Shown in pieces: positions 13,000-25,072 of a stretch of DNA of 64,000 nt. Every line of letters begins with the position of its first letter. The first letter of the stretch is position 1. The notes beneath the pieces are model-generated. The model was given only the letters and a program-made list of their open reading frames with translations, did no database searches and had not been told where the DNA came from. The position numbers were made by a program, and so were the translations under genes. This DNA comes from Octopus bimaculoides (lineage: Eukaryota), in contig NC_068982.1 in NCBI RefSeq assembly GCF_001194135.2, forward strand, positions 36,641,709 through 36,705,708, given 5' to 3'.

Positions 13000-14030
13000 A
13001 ATAGTGTGAACAAAGAAGGGAGGATAATAAGTATAAGAGACAGAAGTAGTTCCAAGGTGGTGAGGAAGTCACTGGTAGTGCAAAGAAAAGAGAAGGAGTA
13101 ACATTTGCTGATATTTCCCTCAAGAGATTATGGCCACCAAGTAGGGCCATGGATAAAAGAATGATGGAGGGCTGGTTGTTAGGGGAATGAGATGTGGGAA
13201 ATGCTTGAAGGGCAGAATGAGTTATGAGTATAAATAGAATGCTTTAAGGAAATCATTTTTACTGTGGTAGACAGCTCTTCTTGGGGACAGTGAATTGCTA
13301 ATCATCTCAGTGTTTTATCACCTCTTCCATAAGTCTCAGAATCTTCAGGTCAGCTTTCACTACTCTTTCTCATGTCTTCCTAGGACTCCCTATTCTACAA
13401 ATTCCATTCACTTTGAGCAATTGGCACTTTTTTATGCAGCTGTTCTCATTTATGTGCATTACATAATCAACCCAGTGGAGATTTTTTCTCGTACACTACA
13501 TCTAATTCCTCTTATGCTCAATTTTCAACATGGCATTGCACATCCATTGAAACATATTAGTTTCATTCCTCTCTAATCTTCACATGTCCCCTGCATTCAG
13601 TGCCTATGTTTCACTGCCATGTAGCATAACTGTTCATACACAGGCATCATAAATCTATCTTTCACAGAGAAAGACGGGGAAGAGAGGCCTTTGCCAATAG
13701 AGATAATAGCTCTCTGAACTTCCTCCATCCTATTCTTAGTCTAGCTGCTATATTTTCAGAGCATCCTCCTCCACCATTAATTCGGTCACCTAGGTAGCCT
13801 ACTGTGCATTTTAGAAAATCTATCTCTTATTTGTCCTTGGTGTTCATTAAATTTGAAATACAATTGTCCTGTGTTTTCCTAGGGAGTAGAGTTCTGTCTG
13901 TTATCCTGCTTACTAGGACTTTGGTCTTTAGTAAGTTAACTCTAAGGCTCTTTAATTTCAAGTTTTTCTCCCACACCTGGAATTTCTTTTCTAATTCTAT
14001 TACAGCCATTTTTCCATGTTAGCATGGATT
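13000..14030 (-). mobile_element. RTE-clade LINE 3' fragment
   Basis: ORF 13827-14009 ELEKKFQVWEKNLKLKSLRVNLLKTKVLVSR. The downstream sequence is homologous to 2950-3600. Confidence 0.75.
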
Positions 14031-14689
14031 AGAAGAGAGTGTGTTTGTGTGTGTGTGTGTGCATACAACTTTAATGCAATATTAAAGTAAGAGACACCTC
14101 AAAGCTTGTATATACTTTGATTGCACATTGTCATTAACCTGTTTTAATACACACTTTTGCATGCATACACTTATACATGACCATATAACACCTCTTAACA
14201 TAGAAGCCAATGATAACCAACATTTAAAAATTTGAAATAGAATTACTGAATTATAATTGATGTATTTTTAAAATAAATTATTATTTCTTAATATTTAAGC
14301 ATAACCATTTTACTTATCCTACATTACCAGATAAGCTATACAATAACAAAACTTACAATTGTAATATGAATGTATAACATCCAGCTGTGTGTGTGTGCGT
14401 TGGTGTGTGTGAGTGTGTGTATGCATATGTGTAAAGCTGTGTCTGTGTGTATATACGCATACATAAAATTTTAAAGTAAGCGATAAACAGTATTAAACAA
14501 TAATTAGATTTTGTAAACAAGAATTTGAGATTTAAGATCTTTTATGGTTTGCAAAATGATATAGATTATATTTATTTGTATGTATATTAATCCCCATGTT
14601 TCTGACATCTTCATCACAATCTTTATGATTTAGATTTTCATTTCAAATTTTTTATCATCTTTTCTCATTGCTCATTATTCATTCTGTTA

Positions 14690-15186
14690 TTTCATTTCAT
14701 TCTCATATTTCTATTTCCTTCTTAATTGTCTCACCACCATGTATCCCTCCCCCTCTCTCTCTCTCTCTTATTCTTTTTCTCACTCTCTTATTCTTTTTCT
14801 CACTCTCTTCTCTCTCTTATTCTTTTTCTCACTCTCTTCTCTCTCTCTTTCTCTTTCTATCTCTCTCTTACACTTTCTGTCTTTCACTATCTCTTTCTCT
14901 TTGTCTCTCTTTTATATACCTGTTTACATACCCACCTTTCTACCACCCTACCTACTTACCAACCTACCTATCTACCTATTTGTTTATCTATGTCTCTTTC
15001 TATCTTTCTCTTTTCTTCTCTATTTCTCTTTTCTTCTCTATTTCTCTTTATCTCTCTCTCTTTCTCTCTGTCTCTGTCTCTATCTCACTGTCTCTCTTTC
15101 TCTCTTTTTATCTACCTACCTACCTTCCTACCTACCTACCTACCTACCTACCTACCTGTCTGTCTGTCTGTTTGTCTATCTGTCTA

Positions 15187-15243
<57 letters not shown>

Positions 15244-15550
15244 TCATCTATGTCTCACTCTCTCTCTCTTTCTCTACTATGTCTCTCAAGTATTTCCTTC
15301 ATCTTCTCCCATACAACTTTTTCTCATTTTCTTAACAACTCCTTTTTCTTCTTTAGCTTTAATTTTGTTATTATTATTGCTATTGTTGTTCTCTCAGCCT
15401 TTTCCATTCTCCTCCTTCACATCCGTTTCCTTCGTTTCTCACTCTGCAATTATTATATCTGTTTCATCCCCTATAGTATTTTCATTTAAACATTCCTTTC
15501 TCCCTCTACCACCACCACCACCACCACCACCACCACCACCACTAGTGACA
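14690..15550. repeat. Pyrimidine-rich compound microsatellite / low-complexity tract
   Basis: (CT)n, (CTAC)n, (CTAT)n, (CCA)n and 24-bp CTCTCTTATTCTTTTTCTCACTCT repeats. Confidence 0.9.
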
Positions 15551-16375
15551 TGCACTGATTTCCAAGTCACCTGTTTTATAAGATGCCATCTTTACAGTGT
15601 CTTCTCATTGTGAATCTGATGTAGCTGTAATATCACACACTAGAAATTATTCATATACCGTTATATTAATAAATAAATAACAAAATAAATAAATAAACAA
15701 ATAAATAAATAGAACTTTTGGAAATTACAAGTTTTAAGTTTTTTTCTTTTCTTTTTTTTTTTAGTAACCTTCTTGTTATCTTGTATTGTTCAATTCCATG
15801 CAGTTGTATCAAACATCATATGATGCACACATGCAAACTAAATTTGGGTTTGTTAGTGTTCATTGTTATTTTTGTTTATGAAAAGTCTGTTTTTTTTTTT
15901 ATATATATTGTTATTGTTGTTATGAATGTTGATTTTTATTACGGCAATGAAAGTATTTTAACAATGATTCATGAATTCTATTTGAAATTAAAGAAAGAGA
16001 AAATGTTTACAAAAATAACAACCAATAAAAGAGCATCAATATTAACAACCAACAACACCAACAACATTGAAATAATAAATAGTATGTTCTAGTAAGAAGC
16101 CTTCCTTAGGGCTATAAAGATAATTTGTATTTACACTAAAGATAGTTTTGATAGTTATGAAGAAGGTAGTGCTAGTTGTGATGGGGCTGATGGAGTGTTG
16201 ATATTGTGATAATGTGGGTGTTGGTGTTCTGAGTGTGATAGTTGTATTGTAAAGATGAGAGTGATAAGTTGAGGTGCTAGTAGTTTTTGAGCTTTGTATA
16301 GAGCGTGAACAGAAACAGATGTAGGGGTGGGAGAGCTAGGTATAATTGTAGTAATTAGGTTAGTCACAATGATAG

Positions 16376-16445
16376 TGATAGTAATGTTAGTAGTGATAGT
16401 AATGTTAGTAGTGATAGTAATGTTAGTAGTGATAGTGATAGTGAC
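16376..16445. repeat. 18-bp minisatellite (GTGATAGTAATGTTAGTA)x3
   Basis: Three exact copies read directly from the sequence. Confidence 0.85.
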
Positions 16446-18253
16446 ATGGATGGATTTAGAGATGGGGATGATGGTAAAATTGCACAAAAATGAAGCTAGA
16501 TTTTCTTATTTCTATAAAATTATCAATGCCTACTGAAACTGACTATTTTACCTGTATAAAATATTCATTTATCTAGATATTACATGTCTGTTCTTATGCT
16601 TGACATAACTTCCATCCACTCCATTCTCAGGTTATCTTCTGATGTTTAAATTCTACATATGTATATGTTACTGAACTGGATTTTTAACTGAAAACTCTAA
16701 TTTTACAACTATGGTGTTGTGTGTGCCTCAGTGATTATGAGTTGTGACATAATCACTGTCATGGAGCATAGCTGTTCATACACAGGCATCATACAATTTA
16801 ATTTTCAGTCAAAAAGAAAGAGAGAGAGAGAGACTTTTGTAAATAGAGATAATAGCTCTGTGAACTTCCTCCACCCTATTCTTATAATTTAAAAACTATG
16901 GCATTGAGCCTCAGTGGTTATGAGCTATGATAAATGTGATAGGTAGTCATTAACACTTCAGCACCTTAATATCATTGGAAATGTGCTTCTATGTAAATAT
17001 TCACATTTCTAAAAATTGTGCTATTCATGATAGTATGGAAAATCTGGCATGAAAGATGCTTGCATTAGAACAAATATGAAATGTTCTACTCTTGGATGCA
17101 TAACTTAGCTTGTCTGTCTGCTTGGTAATAAATAAATAAATAAATGTGTCATCCATTTTATGATTGTGAAGTTTGTGATAAGAAGTGCATCCAAAGTAGG
17201 AAAAAATTTCATTTCAACAAAATGAAAATTAAAATTTGCAAAACTTTGCATTAAAAAAAAAAAAAAAAAAGACTGTAAAAAGAGGGAAAATACAATATAG
17301 TTGAGAGAAATGCAATGACATCAAAACAACTGGAAATGAATGAAAACTATTTCAAATATTAACAAATTTTAATCTTGGCAATTAAGATTAAATTTATTCA
17401 AGTATATTTTCATAGATTAATTTATATGAGGGTGGTGTTATATTTTGTGAAGAATACATATTCATCATTTTGAAAAACAAGCAAAAACAATAAAAATAAA
17501 AAAATTGATAGCATGTTTTTAATTTGCTGAAATTTAGTTTGCATCAATTTTGCTTTAATTTCCCTATAGAGATTAGAATGTGAGTTTCTCTGAATAGAAA
17601 GTATATTTCATTCCAATACATTAATGTCTACAAAAGGACAAAAAATACTTTTGTTAGTTTGTGACCTGTTTTGACCACATGAAGTCTGAGTTGAATGATT
17701 TGATGCCATAATAATGCTACTAAACCACAAAGGAAAAAAAAAATATTAGTTAAATTACACCAGCAGTAATTGTTCAAAATATCAGCAAGTTAATTATATT
17801 CTAAAAAATTAAATGAAGCACTTTAAAAAAAAAAGTCACCTTAATAATAAGTGCATTCACATGCTTGAAAATAATACAAAAAAAAATTAAGCTTTTCCTT
17901 CTCTTGTTTACAAACTGAAACCTGGGCTGATATAAAAATTTCAACAAAAGGTTTTGCAGAATAGAATAAAAATGGACAATTGACACTAAATGGTAGTCTT
18001 ATCTTCATCATTATTAATGCACTTGTTTATGTAACAGAATATTTACCTCATAAAATTGAAAAACTTAGTAAACTGAAAGAATGAACAAAGACAATTGACC
18101 TAAATTCCATAAGTTTAGTGTACCAGCTGAATTGTAAACTATATAAAGCATAAAGGAATTTGGATCTACTGGCTCAACGTTGTCTGAATTCCAGCATAGG
18201 AATTTTATTAATTATTTACAAAAAACACATTTCATTCCATTGGAAATACCACA

Positions 18254-18256
<3 letters not shown>

Positions 18257-18320
<64 letters not shown>
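18257..18320. repeat. (AAT)n microsatellite
   Basis: About 21 perfect AAT units. Confidence 0.95.
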
Positions 18321-19159
18321 TCATATAAAGTCACAAGGGTGTAACTGAAAAGGTGAGGTACGATTTCATCAAACCAGGTCCATTACTCAGTTTCAATTAC
18401 CCAGGTGTACCTATCTTCCTATACCCTTAAGTCAACAAGTTAATGACCCAGTATATGATACCATTAGATATAACTACCAATATCAAAGTATTTTAAATAA
18501 CTGGTTATTTTCTATTTTATTCTGAACATGTGCTCCAGCATTACCACAGTCCAATAGCGGAAACAAGTAAAAGAATATGCACATTAAATGAAGTTCTTAA
18601 CCTTTTGGCATTCATTCAGATTACATATTTATTCACACTGTTTTGAATTAATCATACGTTATCTCATAGCTTCAAGATTTCAAAGATGTGATTGTTTAGA
18701 ATGACATTATAGGGTAGGTGGGAGAAGCTGGATATGGCCTGTTTAAATGCAGAAGTGTTAAATAAAATATGCTTGCCATTTCTATCTACAAAACAGTTTT
18801 CGTGTACCACATGGATAATGTTATTAAACCACATGACTCAGTCATAATAGATGCCTGTTTTGAAATTGGACTATCTACTATGTTCTCTACTGCTCATGAC
18901 TTCAATTTACTCAGCTAAATGAATTACTGTTGCTGACTTACCATATTTACTTACTTACTATTATGGATTTATCCCAAATTAATAAGAATTTAACTACTTT
19001 GGCACAGGCAAGGCTATGTGATTGGGCAAGTGGGAAAGAGTCTTTTACTATAGCCATGGAGCAAACCAAAGCCTTGTGAGTGGATTAGGCTGATGAAAGG
19101 GAAAAAAACTAGAAGTAGTTGATAGCTTCCATTACCTAGGTAACCAAGTCAGTACAACA

Positions 19160-19310
19160 GGTTTCTTTTAGTTTCCGTCTACCAAATCCACTCAAAAGGC
19201 TTTGGTCAGCCTGAGGCTATAGTAGAAGACACTTGCCCAAGGTGCCATGCAGTGGGACTGAACCCAGAACCATGTAGTTGAGAAGTACGCTTCTTACGAC
19301 ACAGCCATGA
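19160..19310 (-). mobile_element. tRNA-derived SINE, the most abundant family in the window
   Basis: Consensus-like GGCTGTGTGGTAAGAAG...GGGTTCAGTCCCACTGC...CCTTGGGCAAGTGTCTTCTACTATAGCC. Further copies lie near 20985-21130(+), 45738-45910(+), 46330-46450(+), 49160-49320(-), 50770-50920(-), 52705-52840(+), 54410-54520(+), 57870-58030(-), 61090-61200(-) and 62800-62920(+). Confidence 0.85.
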
Positions 19311-19649
19311 ACTTGTGTCTCCAAGCAATCCCGAGGTTTAGAGCAAATTCAATTTGCAAATCAGGATACTGGTTAAGAAGTAACAGGATATGAAACAAAT
19401 TTGAGATGGCTTCTGGCTGATAGCCCTCTACTGGCCAACTCACGTGGAGTTATTGATCTGGAAGTGATATCAGTTATTTTCGTTGTTGTTTGGCTTATGT
19501 GATTGGACAGGATGTTGGTGAGCAGTTGTCACTACTATGTTTGGAAGCTGTCATATGGTTTAATGTGTAAATAATGTAGCATTAAAGTGAATGATTACTC
19601 AATACTTTGTAGTAGAGTATATATTTATTAACTTTTATAAGTAACAGAG

Positions 19650-19697
19650 TGACATTGACTTCAAAGTTTCAGCTTGCGTCCCATCATCAGTTTGATG
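19650..19697 (-). ncRNA. Decayed hammerhead-ribozyme-like motif
   Basis: Minus strand reads CTGATGA-TGGGACGCAAGCT-GAAAC-TTTGAA-GTC. Stem III ACTT/AAGT is present, stem I does not pair. Confidence 0.35.
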
Positions 19698-19750
19698 ATG
19701 TTGGGCAAGATGAAAATTTGAAGTTATTGTCATTCTTTTACTTCTAAAAG

Positions 19751-19822
<72 letters not shown>

Positions 19823-19949
19823 AGATAAGTATCCAGTTGTTAAATAAGTTATGTTTAAACATTAGAAAACTTTAGTGTACACAGATTTAGTGACATTTTA
19901 CAATATTGTCATTGTGTTACAATATTGTCTCTATGCCTCCAGTTCCCTA

Positions 19950-20690
19950 TGTAGTTCTTGGCCTATACATAAATAGATCAGATTGGAAGCGCAAACCTAT
20001 TTTACTCAATGATTAACATTGAAATTTATTGATTGTCATTGCAAAAGCCACTTGTACTGGAAACTGAAAACATGTATGGTTGATAGGCAGAGTGATGTCA
20101 AGTGCCTCAGTTTAATTCTTGGCATGATGACTAACAATATCACTTTCTATTATGTGTTCATTTAAATAATGAGTTACTGGAATTCATGTTTCATTATAAA
20201 GCCCATTAACCTTAGTGAGTTAAATTTCACAATAGCTTACAACATGTGTTCCTTTCTTTGACCATTTTCAAGGTCAAAGCATGGAGCACTCTCCACTAAG
20301 TTATAGTCGTTTAGGAACTCCATTGGATAATTGCTCAAATTGTGTTCATCATTGCAGGAATTAATGCATTTGTAAATGACCGTTGCTACATCCAATATGT
20401 TGATAATTTTGTCTTTTATAGAATCAGCAATAACGAGTTAGATCCCTAATGAAAGAAGATGATAACGCACCATAGCTATCAATAAGGCCATTTGGGTTAT
20501 CACTTTGCATTTGACCCATGAAACATTGACAACATTCAGCTCTTAGTTCCCATTGATTCTTTTGATTCCATTGATGCTGTCCTTTTTCAACTTTGTATAA
20601 GCTACGATCAAAACACTCATGTAATAATCTTCCTCCCACCCGAAACACTTCAAAATTATTGATTTAACGCATCTTCCTATATGCATTATG
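19950..20690 (-). mobile_element. Helitron/PIF1-family helicase relic (C-terminal part)
   Basis: NYPMEFLNDYN, NGLYNET*IPVTHYLNEHIIE and FQFPVQVAFAMTINKFQC*SLSKIGL (motif at 20019-20066) match the PIF1/RepHel consensus YPxEFLN, GLCNGTRL and QFPVRLAFAMTINKSQGQSL. Confidence 0.85.
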
Positions 20691-21244
20691 GTCTAACTAC
20701 ATTATTTCTTTATTTATTTGTTTCTTTGTTTTGTTATTATTCATACCCTTGAAAATTATGCCCCAAACCTTTCTTCACTCACCTTAGAAATCAAAGAAAA
20801 AACAAGCAAAGTGTAACAGCTCATAATCCTGATTCAGCTGATTAAATTTTCTGCAAATATTTATCATGTTCATATACAACAAAACCATAATATACACTAG
20901 TGTTTCCTCCTTTTCCCACTAAAACAACATCTATTAAGAAACAGAAATATCAGAACTTCTCATCTCATAGAATATGAACATAGGTACATGCATGGCTATT
21001 GGCACAGTTGTGGCTTGTTTCCTAGCCATATGGTCTTGGGTTCAGTCCCACTATGAGGTATCTTGGGCAAGTGTCTTCTACTATAGCCCCAGGATGACCA
21101 AAGCTTTGTGAATGGATTTAATATATAGAATACATACACACACACACACACACACACACATCTAATATATATATAATTATATATATAAAATGTAAGTATA
21201 TATATATATATATATTATATTTTATTATTATTATTATTATTATT

Positions 21245-21785
21245 GAGTGAGAGAGCAGTACATGTCATCAAAGTGACACTGGGGTAAAATATACGAAGCC
21301 CAGTATACCCATCATGACTACCCGTCTGATAAGGGTACACCAGGCACATGCATCACAACCATATGTGCGCAACATAGTGATCACATATCAAGATAAACGG
21401 TGCATGACCTCGCAGGTGGGGCCCAGTTAGAATTTTCTTCAGGTCGAGTAGCCCATCCCGCTCAAAAGGTCCCTGAATAAGGTTTGTTTAAGGATGTTGA
21501 GCAAAACACCCATGTTTCCAAAGGTGAATTATTTAAACCCAAAAGAATTCCTCTCAACACATGGCTATGATACTCCCCTACTACTTCTGCTCATGATCAG
21601 AGATGCACATATCGTCAGCCACCAAGGGACATGCTCAACTGGTTAAGGTAAAACAACTGACAAGCAAATCTGTGGTATTAAGCAGGATATTTGCTGTAGC
21701 CCATCTTTTTATACCAAGACAAAACAATGTACATGATAACACTTCCAATCAATTAAGATCAGAAGCCATGAGAGCCACTGCCCCT
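21245..21785 (-). mobile_element. ~540-bp well-preserved SINE-like element embedded in a (TAT)n tract
   Basis: Higher-GC unit with sharp edges, flanked on both sides by (TAT)n (21222-21244 and 21786-21828). No ORF. Family assignment is by recollection of Octopus repeats. Confidence 0.6.
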
Positions 21786-22140
21786 ATTATTATTATTATT
21801 ATTATCATTATTATTATTATTATTATTACTGTTTTTTCTTTTTAACTCAGATTTTATTGGAACTCTTTGAGTCCTGCATGCATAGCAGGCTTGCTACCTG
21901 CAGCCTGTGGTACCATGTTATCTGTTCTTTTCAACTATCTAGTACTTTCCCAATGATTCTGGCTATGCCAAAAAAAAAAGAACCTTTTGTAACAGCTCAA
22001 CTGGGTACTCTATTCCAATTTCTTTTATATTCTTCTCGATGCCTTCTGTTACTGTCCCCCACGACCTGACAATAATTGACACTATCTTCACCATTATTTT
22101 CCATAGTCAAGCTATCTCATATTTTTATATCAGGAGTACC
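21786..22140 (-). mobile_element. Dong/R4-clade non-LTR retrotransposon 3' end with (AAT)n tail
   Basis: Minus strand gives ...IEKNIKEIGIEYPVELLQK...GIARIIGKVLDS*, then a short 3' UTR and (AAT)n. Confidence 0.75.
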
Positions 22141-23249
22141 AGAGAAACTGTACCGTCATGGAAAATTGTCCATAGCTCACCACATTCTGTTGACCAGGTC
22201 CATGGACTTCTGCCCTCCTGTCTCTTTGATGTAACAGATACTCATCATTGCTATTGGAATCAGAATCAGCCAATCTACTGGGCAAGTAATCACTCTCAGG
22301 GTCTGAGTAATCCTAATCAGAATCAACTATTGAGGACTCCTCACATGACATTGAAGTGGTGGTGCTTGGCATAGATGGATGTGACAACAAACAAAAATGA
22401 GGACTGTAAATTCAATGAAGCTGGTGTACATGGATGCAACAAACTTGGTCTCAAAGCTGGTGTAGCTGGACATGAAGACCAAGGCGAGAACCATAAACTT
22501 AACAAAACAAGTGTAGTCAGATGTGACAGTGACGGTAAATTTTGTGAACTACCAGAAGAATTTGCTGAACATGTACGAATTTGATAAGAAACTATAGTGG
22601 AAATTGTGGTATAATCACCAAAACTGCAGCTTTTATACTATTATGGTGATGAAGTCTTGAGCAGTGTTGGAAAACCTATCAGATTCCTTGAAATTTGCAT
22701 GGTGGCCTCTATTATTGATGCCATGAGTGATAGCTGATATTTATGTTAGCCGGTACACAAACAAATACAAAATCACAGCAGATACAGCCATGTATATTTA
22801 TGTCATCTGATTCAAAGCAAGTACACAGTACATGTAAATTTATGTCAACATGAGGTTAATTGTTAGTCCAGTTGGTAGGTGAGACACAGGACTTGGAATT
22901 CTGCATGTGTTTATGCCATCTCTATTTCAAGTTAACAAAGGAACTTCTACTAGGTCACTCAATCTGTTAGAAATGACAGCCAAATCTCCTTCAAATCATA
23001 TCTTGCCATTAAAAAGATAGATCAGATAATGTGGTCCTGAAATATCCCTGTCCATAAAAAAAAAAAGATAGGATGATCATGAATGAAATGCTTTTTCTCA
23101 CAGGTCTGCTTGATCAGAGCTGATTTTAAGCCTCAACAGTGACAACAACAGCAACAGCAACAGCAGTAATAAACAACAGCAACAAAAATAGCAACAGCAG
23201 GAATGATAGTAGCAACATTGACAATGACATCAATAACAACCATCTCTGT

Positions 23250-24430
23250 CTGAAACCAGGTCCTGATCATTTAATTCCTCAACATGGGTTTAAACTTCAT
23301 GCAGTGTAGAGGAAATGTGAGTTTTGTTAGTAAGGCAATGTAACAACTGTTCAATTATATTAGACCACATTACTGAAGAAAAGGATTTTTAGCCCTGCCT
23401 TGATCAGTGGATAGAGATATTTACAAATAGAGAGTTACAAAAACTTTGGTTAGTATAATTTTAAAATTACAAAATATGAACTTAGGAAAATGACATAAGT
23501 GATCCAAAGCCTTAAATCAGATTTTATGCTTTAGCATGCAAATTCCTTTTACAGTAAAATTAAGTCTTTATTTCTTGAAATGACCACTCCTTTTCTCTGT
23601 GAATTACTAAGAATAACTATCAGGTTTCTGTTTTCTTTCTCCAACTAAAATGTAAAATTCAATTTATTTAAAAATCTTCTCAGATGTTATTCAGTAAATT
23701 GCCACCTACTTGAATTATCTAAGTTCATGTCATTGAATCACTTCATTTATTTCCCTTCGCTCTCTTTTTGTGAATATGAAAGTATATCATTTCATGTTGA
23801 TGAAATTCAGAAATGATCCAAGCTAAATTCAATAATGCTGAAATTCCAATAATTCAAGGAGGCTTAAATTTTCCAATAGCATAACAATGTCGAAACTGAG
23901 AAATGTGTATAAATGAGCCTCTTTTACACTCTTCTATCCACCGAAATGGTTGGCATTCAGAACAAATCATATTCATGTGATATAACTGATGTCTTTCCAC
24001 TTGCAGAAAATGATCTTCAGAGTAGTTCTCAAATTCTTTTGATTTCCCTTCATCATGAAAGCATACAGAGTGAAAGAAAGGTGATTTCAAACCTACTCTG
24101 GCAAACACGTTCTCTTGCTTCATTTGAGATTAAGCCTTTGCATTTACAATTCATGCAATGTTGTCTCCATTAGTGCCCATCAAATGCTGTCATAACATAT
24201 TGTTTTCTTTTTGAGTATTTCATGCAAGAGTGTTTTCATTAGCAGGCACCAATTGCTTTAACTCACATTGGAACTTTTGAATCACAACTCTTCTCCATTT
24301 CCATTTTGATTGTCTTCTCCATCACACGCTTTTTGTTTGTTTGTTTTTGTTTTTTTTTCAATAGCATCCTTGACCCTTTCTGGTTGCTTTTTTCTTTACA
24401 GTGGATCTGCTTTATCCATAATGTATATGT
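23250..24430 (-). mobile_element. Highly decayed Tigger/pogo-like transposase relic
   Basis: Fragmentary motifs across frames: EKTIKMEME (HTH-psq-like), NANHFGG*KSVKEAHL, ITSEKIFK*IE and KRSGHFKK*RLNF. The order matches Tigger, but the alignment is by eye only. Confidence 0.4.
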
Positions 24431-25009
24431 CTAGACTAACAAAAATTGTCTGCATAGGCACAATTGTTTAATATTGGTTTAATGATGGTTAATTATACTA
24501 CTTAACTTTGTATTATTGGTTAAAATTTAAATTGTCTACCATACCCTTTGTGATTTGGATGTGGCTACAGTGATAAAAAAATTTCTTTGGAGAGAACAAA
24601 TTACAAATTATCATCAGGCAAGTGATAAACAGAAAGGATGAATAAATTTAAATACTCACAGAATACCTTAACCTGTTTATGAATTTAGGAAAAGCAAACA
24701 AAAATAATGAAATTATTTGAATAATTTATATGAAATGAAAATGAAAGTAGGTAAAAAAAATTCTAAATGAATTGTAATTGTTTGTGACTCTCAAACAAAA
24801 TGGGACATAATTTCTGCAAGAAATTAAGGATTAATTTCAGAGAAAGCTTAACTTCTATGAAAAGTCATTTACACTATGTACAGTGAGATCTGGAATGAAT
24901 ATTTGCATGTTTATGCTTATCATGCCTTGGCAGCTTCAGATGCTTGCTGTAATGTACATCACAGGAGAATAACTTCTCCCTCTTACAATGACAGTGAATT
25001 CAACACTCA

Positions 25010-25072
25010 GTTCATTGGTGGATGACATTCTGGAATGCTGATGTTTCAACATAAGTCTCATCAGCCAAGAAC
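25010..25072 (-). ncRNA. Hammerhead-ribozyme-like motif (imperfect)
   Basis: Minus strand reads gttcttgg-CTGATGA-GAC TTAT GTT-GAAAC AT...AT GTC-atcca-ccaatgaac. Stems II and III form. Stem I pairs only after a 5-nt offset. Confidence 0.45.

Noticed and set aside
14668-15613. Longest ORFs in the track (273, 295 and 198 aa)
   Set aside because: They arise from stop-poor pyrimidine microsatellites, with S/L/F/Y low complexity in all three frames.
20424-20648. 74-aa ORF as a host exon
   Set aside because: It is part of the frameshifted Helitron/PIF1 helicase relic.
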